Shown here: in pieces, positions 58,876 to 64,000 of the stretch
Layout of the letters: the number at the start of each line of letters is the position of its first letter
Numbering within the stretch: the stretch's first letter is position 1
Source: Opitutales bacterium
GTDB taxonomy: Bacteria; Verrucomicrobiota; Verrucomicrobiia; Opitutales; JAVBMG01
DNA length: 64,000 nt
Assembly (NCBI GenBank): GCA_031552815.1
Contig: JAVBMG010000008.1
Location: 54,666-118,665 of the forward strand
Reading direction: 5' to 3'
Made by a program: the position numbers and the translations under genes
The notes under the pieces: generated by a model
What the model was told of the DNA's origin: nothing
The model's database searches: none
The model's input: the letters and a program-made list of their open reading frames with translations, nothing else

Positions 58876-60180
58876 ATGAAACATGCGGTAATCATTTGGG
58901 AAAAAACAGTCTATTTCCGGACAAAGGATGGATGGCAGAAGAATGCCATAGGAAAAACGGAAAATGCTGTAAATGTCCTTGCTGATAATTTCAAGAAGGG
59001 ATCAAAGTTTTGTATTGCTTACGATCCGTATATTCTCAGTACGGAAGTGGTTGATTGTCCCAAAGGTCCCCGCACAGTCATGCGCGAATCGTTCCTTGAA
59101 ACGCATGATATGATTTCAAATGAGGAAACAGCGTGGGGTTACCAACCGCAATGGTCCAGCGGAGGAGGTGGTTTTTCCACATATTTGTCTTATGAAACCA
59201 ATCCCTCTTTGCTTCCGATGATGCAAAAAGCGGAAGAAGAAAAGGTGAAAATAAGCAGTGTTTATCCATTAGCGACTCTCGTTTCCCAAACTATAGGTGC
59301 CCCGGGAAAGACTTCTGTCTTTCTGATGATTGATAGCGAAATAAAACAGGCCTATATGGCTATTTCCTCGTTCACAGGAATGCGTGCCATACGCAAGATT
59401 TTCAATTCGGAGGATCGTCCGGTAGACCTGTGGGCGGAAATACAGCTTTTCTTGGCAGAATATGGAGTGGCTTTCGATTTTGTCGGACACTCAAAACCCC
59501 AGATTAAAATATTTCAGGCGTCGAATACGGACGTGAAGACAGAATGTCCCTTCTGGTCCGAAATGAATAATGCCTGCTCGGTTGATATACAAGCGTTTGA
59601 CGCACTCGAAAAACTACTTTTTGCGGTTCCGTCTCGTCATATAGGATCCATGACGGCAGGATTCCCTCAGGTGCTGAATATTGATCCTGTCTTTCAAGGA
59701 TTGGCAGTAGTGACCTTATTGGCATTGGGCTTTGTCGGATGGTTGTATTGGAGTGAACAGCAAGAGTTTCTGGAACAGCAACAGGAAATTACCAACCAGA
59801 AAAATGCTCAAGCAATAGTCAAAAATCAATTATTGAAAAATAAAAAGGAAATTGAATCCTTAAAGGTTTTGTTTTCGGAAGATAATCTTTTGGCCAGCAA
59901 GGAGAAAATCCGCTTTATTCAAGGCTTCTCCGAAGGACTACCCTTGGACTACACCGTAACTAATCTGCGTATTTTCCAGGATAATGCTTTTCAGATGGAT
60001 GGTATTTTATGGAATTTGAATGCAAAAACAACCAAGGAAAACGTTGCGAATCCGATCATTATGGCTTTGGAGCGCAGTGTGAAAGGTGTTCTTGTGGACA
60101 GTAAGAAAACACAGTTTAAAGGTCAGGAGCGGGGAGAACTGACTATTGAAGGTTCTATTCCTAAACAATTTGTGAAATAA
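58876..60180 (+). CDS. bitopic pilus/secretion assembly protein, GspL-like or PilM-PilN-fusion-like (topology-based)
   Basis: 434 aa: ~270-aa cytoplasmic domain, one TM (GLAVVTLLALGFVGWLYW), a coiled coil (QQEFLEQQQEITNQKNAQ) and a ~120-aa C-terminal domain. Position is directly after the pilin gene. No sequence motif was recognised. Confidence 0.45.
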   Translation: MKHAVIIWEKTVYFRTKDGWQKNAIGKTENAVNVLADNFKKGSKFCIAYDPYILSTEVVDCPKGPRTVMRESFLETHDMISNEETAWGYQPQWSSGGGGFSTYLSYETNPSLLPMMQKAEEEKVKISSVYPLATLVSQTIGAPGKTSVFLMIDSEIKQAYMAISSFTGMRAIRKIFNSEDRPVDLWAEIQLFLAEYGVAFDFVGHSKPQIKIFQASNTDVKTECPFWSEMNNACSVDIQAFDALEKLLFAVPSRHIGSMTAGFPQVLNIDPVFQGLAVVTLLALGFVGWLYWSEQQEFLEQQQEITNQKNAQAIVKNQLLKNKKEIESLKVLFSEDNLLASKEKIRFIQGFSEGLPLDYTVTNLRIFQDNAFQMDGILWNLNAKTTKENVANPIIMALERSVKGVLVDSKKTQFKGQERGELTIEGSIPKQFVK

Positions 60181-60183
60181 CCC

Positions 60184-60744
60184 ATGAATAATAAGAAAAA
60201 CAAGGTAAAATTGTCTCCGGTATGGATTATCTTTTGGGTATTTTTACTTGGAGGCATTGGTGGCGGACTGTACTATCGTGAGGTTATGACAGAAGAGGCA
60301 CTTATGGCTATTGCCCAATTGGAGAGTGAATTGAGTACAGAAAAAAATGCGGTTTCAGCCTTGCAAAAAGACTTTTCGAATGCGAAAGCGCAGGAAGCGC
60401 GTGATCGTGCCAATAAATTTAAAATGTCGATGTTGAGCAGGGCAGAAGTGAATGCAATCACTTCGAGCTATGCCGAACAATGGAACGTCAATAAAATCCG
60501 CGAGGATGACAATGACGAGTATATTCTGAGCCGTTATCAGTTAATGCGCGGTTCCAGCGGGGTTGCGGACTGGGAGATGATTTACAATACGATTTTGGAC
60601 TTGGACAAGCGAAGCGGCTTTGTCCTGGATACCTTGGATATAAGCACTGCAGGTGACAACCGCCAGAGGATGTTTTCCCGGGTGAGTATTGCTTTGCAGA
60701 TTTACATCAAGAAACCCGGTGATGAGGGGTTGTCGAAGAAATAA
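60184..60744 (+). CDS. bitopic protein with PilO/GspM-like topology
   Basis: 186 aa: short N-terminus, TM (VWIIFWVFLLGGIGGGLYY), a coiled coil and a ~100-aa C-terminal domain. It starts 4 nt after the upstream stop. Confidence 0.4.
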   Translation: MNNKKNKVKLSPVWIIFWVFLLGGIGGGLYYREVMTEEALMAIAQLESELSTEKNAVSALQKDFSNAKAQEARDRANKFKMSMLSRAEVNAITSSYAEQWNVNKIREDDNDEYILSRYQLMRGSSGVADWEMIYNTILDLDKRSGFVLDTLDISTAGDNRQRMFSRVSIALQIYIKKPGDEGLSKK

Positions 60745-60755
60745 GGAGAAATGAA

Positions 60756-61247
60756 ATGAAGAAAAAAAATCTAGTTTTTGTTTTTTGTTTGCTTGCTGGT
60801 TTTTCGGTGGCATTTGCGCAAAATAGCACTGGTTTCAAACCAAGTACGATTCCTGTTCGGGATGGTGTGGCTGCAACATTTCCGGGAGCGAATCCGGTAG
60901 CATCCGCAAACAATACCGGCAGTTATGCGAGCAGCACTCCTATTGATAAGGATTCGCCGCAGTACGCAGACATGATTTATAAAATGCGCGAATCCGTGCA
61001 ACGTATTGCCTCGGAATACGGTAATCCGGCTTTTGCCCAGGTCTTTACCAACGATAAGGACCGTGCGGAGGAAATCCGCAATAAACTGAAGGTCTTGGAA
61101 TCCCATGAAGCTTTGGCCCAGATCAATGAGGCGCTGAGCAAGCGGGAGAGCGAACTCCGCATGGAAATTGAACGTCTGGAAGCCCGTTTAAATGATCTTA
61201 AATACCGCGTGAACGAAGCACAGAAGCTTCTGGACGGAACCAAATAA
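60756..61247 (+). CDS. secreted coiled-coil protein of unknown function
   Basis: Signal peptide (LVFVFCLLAGFSVAFAQ) and a C-terminal heptad-rich segment. Operonic position in the pilus cluster. Confidence 0.4.
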   Translation: MKKKNLVFVFCLLAGFSVAFAQNSTGFKPSTIPVRDGVAATFPGANPVASANNTGSYASSTPIDKDSPQYADMIYKMRESVQRIASEYGNPAFAQVFTNDKDRAEEIRNKLKVLESHEALAQINEALSKRESELRMEIERLEARLNDLKYRVNEAQKLLDGTK

Positions 61248-61306
61248 ATCTTATTTGAAACTCTTTATTATCAGAATAAACATTTACACAGGTTAATTCA
61301 TCAATC

Positions 61307-62752
61307 ATGTTTAATGATACTTCCATTCAGTTGACTGAGATTGTCTTGCGTGTGGCCAACCATCTGGCTTTTCGCGGGCAAATGGATGAGTTGCCTGCGG
61401 AGGAAATACGTGCCAATATTTTGGCGGAATTAAGTCTCTTGGGTGCCGTGATTACCGAACAGTCGGAAGGGGTTTGGCACGTAAGTGATTTTGACAGCAA
61501 CGAAACTTGCCTGTTACGCGAAGAACAAGGAAACTACCATGTCGAATACATCAGCAATATTGACCCAATTACAGAAGAATGCGCAGCTTCGTCTTCAGGA
61601 GATGGAAGCGGAATGGAAGAAGACCCTCTTCGAGAAGTTTCGCACTATTTGCCGCGAGGAAATGATGGAGGTTATGAAGGATCTTTTGCAGACGACAGCA
61701 ATGGAATCCAATCAGTTGGTTACTTCGCTTCGCAAGGAGATGGAGGAAAGCAGCAAGGCTCAGGAGAGTATTATCCTTCAGGAGCTGGTGAAAACGGAAT
61801 CCAGGCTGGATGGATTGACGGATCAATTCAGGAAGAGCACGGAAGAATCGGAAGCGACATCCCAGGAAACGGCAAAGATGATCAAGGAAGTCGCCAGGGA
61901 GACTTTGATGGCGCAGCAGGTGATCAGCAAGGAAATGACGGAGAGTGCGAGCAAGGTTTCAGCCGGAAGCACAGTGTTGGTACTGAAATCAGCGATTCTG
62001 GCGATACTGCTAACGATAGTGATCTTGGTGGGCGGCGTATTTCTGATGAAAATGATGGATTGGCTTCCGGTAGTATCGACGCAGGAGGAACTGGCAGCGA
62101 TGCAGCAGGAAAATCAGAAATTGAGCAAACTGAGAACGGAGATTGCGGAACTGAACAAGGATCTGGAAGCGAAAAAGGCAGAAATGATTTTGTTGGACAT
62201 GAGACGCGGGGAACTGGACCAGGAAATAAAGAAATCCATGGCGGTCCAGGCAACGACTGTGCAGACCTTGAACAATCTTCAGGAGCAGACCAAGAAACTG
62301 CAAACCTTGCAGGAACAATTCCGCTTCAAGCTGCTTCAGGGGGATACGGGCGGAGTGTTCGTGGAGACAGCGGACGGATCGATGCCGTTCATGATGAACG
62401 GAAAGAGTTACATCCGGGTGAGGGAATAAAGGAAGCTTCCGTGGACGACGAATTGGTCGAACTCTCCATTGAGAAACGGATCAAGCGGGCGGAAATGTAT
62501 GCCTTGGAGCGTGAACTGCTCCTTCAGGAAAAGGAGCGTAAGCTTTTGGCAAAAAAACTGGATGAACTAAGTGCATTGCTTTCCGCAAGAAACATGGAGT
62601 TTGCCGAAGTTCACCAGAGTTTACAGGAATTGAAACAAATCAGAGAAAATCAGAAACAGGAAGTACAGACTTTTTGCAGTGAGCTTGATAATTTGCGTGA
62701 GGAATTTGACTCCTTGCAGAAGCGGCTATCCGGATTGTCTTCAGACGTTTGA
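61307..62752 (+). CDS. 481-aa ORF (frame 2): plausible N-terminal ~80 aa and C-terminal ~100 aa, with a G/D/S/E-rich centre that looks like off-frame translation
   Basis: The frame is uninterrupted from the ATG at 61307. The central 61560-62430 segment overlaps the better-looking frame-0 ORF and uses GGA for almost every Gly. See findings. Confidence 0.3.
   Translation: MFNDTSIQLTEIVLRVANHLAFRGQMDELPAEEIRANILAELSLLGAVITEQSEGVWHVSDFDSNETCLLREEQGNYHVEYISNIDPITEECAASSSGDGSGMEEDPLREVSHYLPRGNDGGYEGSFADDSNGIQSVGYFASQGDGGKQQGSGEYYPSGAGENGIQAGWIDGSIQEEHGRIGSDIPGNGKDDQGSRQGDFDGAAGDQQGNDGECEQGFSRKHSVGTEISDSGDTANDSDLGGRRISDENDGLASGSIDAGGTGSDAAGKSEIEQTENGDCGTEQGSGSEKGRNDFVGHETRGTGPGNKEIHGGPGNDCADLEQSSGADQETANLAGTIPLQAASGGYGRSVRGDSGRIDAVHDERKELHPGEGIKEASVDDELVELSIEKRIKRAEMYALERELLLQEKERKLLAKKLDELSALLSARNMEFAEVHQSLQELKQIRENQKQEVQTFCSELDNLREEFDSLQKRLSGLSSDV
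61539..62429 (+). CDS. bitopic coiled-coil protein (296 aa) of unknown function, pilus-cluster associated
   Basis: AAGGAA lies 6 nt upstream of the ATG at 61539. Third codon positions are G/C-rich, as in neighbouring genes. Heptad-rich N-terminal half, clear TM (VLVLKSAILAILLTIVILVGGVFLM), a second coiled coil and a small C-terminal domain. Confidence 0.6.
   Translation: MSNTSAILTQLQKNAQLRLQEMEAEWKKTLFEKFRTICREEMMEVMKDLLQTTAMESNQLVTSLRKEMEESSKAQESIILQELVKTESRLDGLTDQFRKSTEESEATSQETAKMIKEVARETLMAQQVISKEMTESASKVSAGSTVLVLKSAILAILLTIVILVGGVFLMKMMDWLPVVSTQEELAAMQQENQKLSKLRTEIAELNKDLEAKKAEMILLDMRRGELDQEIKKSMAVQATTVQTLNNLQEQTKKLQTLQEQFRFKLLQGDTGGVFVETADGSMPFMMNGKSYIRVRE
62441..62752 (+). CDS. 104-aa coiled-coil protein (alternative reading of the 3' end of the 61307 ORF)
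   Basis: GTG at 62441 is preceded by AAGGAAG with 5-nt spacing, 12 nt after the stop of the 61539..62429 gene. Regular heptad composition. Confidence 0.45.
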   Translation: MDDELVELSIEKRIKRAEMYALERELLLQEKERKLLAKKLDELSALLSARNMEFAEVHQSLQELKQIRENQKQEVQTFCSELDNLREEFDSLQKRLSGLSSDV

Positions 62753-62773
62753 TATCAATAAACATATTTTAAA

Positions 62774-63463
62774 ATGCGCTATTTATCTTTCATTGGTTTT
62801 TTCTTGTTCGCTTTGGGTTTTGGCATGGTGTCGGCTCAGGAAGATGTATCTTTGTTACCTGCTCCCGGGCGTGATGCCTCTGCACCTGTTTCAAAGTCAA
62901 GCGGTGCGGATGAAGTCGTAGTGCTTAAACTATCTGATGAAGTATCGAATGCGGAAAACAAGAACCAGGCAAAGCAAACTTCAGGGAGTAATGATGCATC
63001 GGCTAAAAAAGAGCCAAAACCGGCAGTCAATGTGAATGCCAATTCGAATCCTCCTGTTGCCAAGCCTATTGCGGCATCTCAGCCGAAAACACTTGCTTCA
63101 AACAAGGAAAAAGACCAGAAACCGATTCCGGCCGAGTTGAAGGAACCCGATAAGGATGGCATCGTCATGTTGGTGCGTCTGGTCGAATTAAATGCTTCCG
63201 CGCTTAACAATCCTTTTGAAATCAGAGTCCAACCAACGATTGCCACGGTTGATACGGTGATCGAAGTCGGCGGTATCATTCGCGGTTATACGGAAGGGCA
63301 GCATACGGCCATTGTGAACGGGCGGGTATACTCGCAGGGGGATATGGTCGATGGATTCAAGATTTATTTGATTTTGGAAAAAAGTATCATCGTTGAATAC
63401 AACAATAAATACGTGAATATTCCGCGTGACCGTAAAATCACGCTGCGTTTGCCGCAAAGTTAG
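62774..63463 (+). CDS. secreted protein with a GspB/MshK/PilP-like C-terminal domain
   Basis: Signal peptide and a K/P/A/N-rich linker. The C-terminal pattern GIIRG..GQHTAIVNGRVYSQGDMVDGFKIYLILEKSIIVEYNNKYVNI resembles the A-I-x-N-G-x-x-Y-x-x-G-D...V-x-x-I motif of T2SS-B/PilP-type proteins. Confidence 0.5.
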   Translation: MRYLSFIGFFLFALGFGMVSAQEDVSLLPAPGRDASAPVSKSSGADEVVVLKLSDEVSNAENKNQAKQTSGSNDASAKKEPKPAVNVNANSNPPVAKPIAASQPKTLASNKEKDQKPIPAELKEPDKDGIVMLVRLVELNASALNNPFEIRVQPTIATVDTVIEVGGIIRGYTEGQHTAIVNGRVYSQGDMVDGFKIYLILEKSIIVEYNNKYVNIPRDRKITLRLPQS

Positions 63464-63472
63464 GTAATCACT

Positions 63473-64000
63473 ATGCCATCCTATGTAGTCAGGTATGTAA
63501 CAGAGACAGGAGCAAAGAAGAAGGAGGTTTTCTTTGCTCCTGATATGGTTTATTTGCGCGGGGTTTTACAGCGGAAGAATTATTGGCCGTTGAGTATCGA
63601 AGTGCAGGAAGGCGGCTTCCGGAAATATAAGACGCGGCTTTCTGCCGGGGATACGATTTCCATTTTGGACCAGGTCGAAATCCAGTTGCAGGTGAGCATC
63701 AATGTAGATGACGCGTTCAGGAATTTGGCTGAGGAGGTGCAAACCAAGAAAGTTAAGTTTGTTGTATCCCGTATATCAGACAGCATTGATTCCAATGGGC
63801 GTGTGGCTGATGCCTGTGGCCAGTTTCCTAATATTTTTCCAGATCATATTCGGCAAATGATTTCTGTCGGGGAGGATACGGGAAAACTCGCTCCGTCTTT
63901 TACCCGGGTGATAGAATATTTCAAGGCTGCTGATACATTGATGGGAACCATCAAAAATGCCAGTATTTATCCTTCTCTTGTGCTTGGCGCGATGATGGTT
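63473..64000 (+). CDS. PilC/GspF-family inner-membrane platform protein (5' part, truncated by the window end)
   Basis: Open frame from the ATG at 63473 to the last base; it is not in the ORF track because it has no stop. First T2SSF domain pattern FPNIFPDHIRQMISVGEDTGKLAPSFTRVIEYF, followed by the first TM (IYPSLVLGAMMV). Confidence 0.85.
   Translation, partial: MPSYVVRYVTETGAKKKEVFFAPDMVYLRGVLQRKNYWPLSIEVQEGGFRKYKTRLSAGDTISILDQVEIQLQVSINVDDAFRNLAEEVQTKKVKFVVSRISDSIDSNGRVADACGQFPNIFPDHIRQMISVGEDTGKLAPSFTRVIEYFKAADTLMGTIKNASIYPSLVLGAMMV

Noticed and set aside
542-60903. Interpreting the ATGCTACCG motif as a Chi-like recombination hotspot, a KOPS/FtsK-orienting sequence or a restriction/methylation-linked palindrome.
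   Set aside because: Chi and KOPS motifs are strongly strand-skewed within a replichore, whereas here the two orientations are 17 and 21. The motif is not palindromic, unlike HIP1-type or methylase-linked repeats. These alternatives remain testable genome-wide but fit the local data less well than an uptake-signal-like model.
61569-62318. Three minus-strand ORFs (85, 109 and 102 aa) opposite the dual-frame region.
   Set aside because: The purine-rich, T-poor coding strand removes stop codons in several frames. The products are P/S/F/L-rich low-complexity sequence. They are a compositional artefact, and they illustrate why the same-strand overlap also needs a proper null model.
1-64000. A search for CRISPR arrays, tRNA/rRNA genes, transposases, integrases, toxin-antitoxin pairs and known defence-system signatures.
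   Set aside because: No regularly spaced direct repeats, no tRNA-like T-arm (GGTTCGAATCC-type) sequences and no recombinase or nuclease motifs were seen in any long ORF. The intergenic gaps are mostly under 150 bp.

Overview
This is a gene-dense (~88% coding) chromosomal segment. It most likely comes from a PVC-superphylum bacterium (Verrucomicrobiota, Lentisphaerota or Kiritimatiellota type). That placement is an inference from three PEP-CTERM-anchored secreted proteins, autotransporter-associated beta-strand repeats and several secreted glycoside hydrolases. No rRNA, tRNA, CRISPR array, transposase or integrase was found. Positions 1-52.7 kb hold housekeeping and envelope genes: mutY, rsmG, a 1901-aa tandemly fused UvrA, mdaB, a polyprenyl synthase, a tryptophanase-family lyase, a UvrD-like helicase, trxB, tig-clpP-clpX, sanA, an M48 peptidase, an LMW-PTP, yhbY, sufCB, an M3 oligopeptidase, coaD, an M28 peptidase, mgsA, GH27 and GH43 hydrolases, and a DsbD-like protein. 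Positions 53.2-64.0 kb hold a type IV pilus / T2SS-like cluster (PilT, secretin, PilB/GspE ATPase, one large pilin, a block of uncharacterised bitopic/coiled-coil proteins, and PilC/GspF truncated at the window edge). Four observations stand out. (1) The non-palindromic 9-mer ATGCTACCG / CGGTAGCAT occurs 38 times by hand count against ~0.5 expected. It appears in both orientations and several reading frames, and as inverted pairs in intergenic terminators, which resembles a DNA-uptake-sequence signature. (2) The motif is almost absent from the pilus cluster. (3) Two same-strand ORFs in different frames overlap for 945 nt inside that cluster. (4) The UvrA is fused into a four-NBD protein. All counts were made by eye from the sequence and need computational confirmation.
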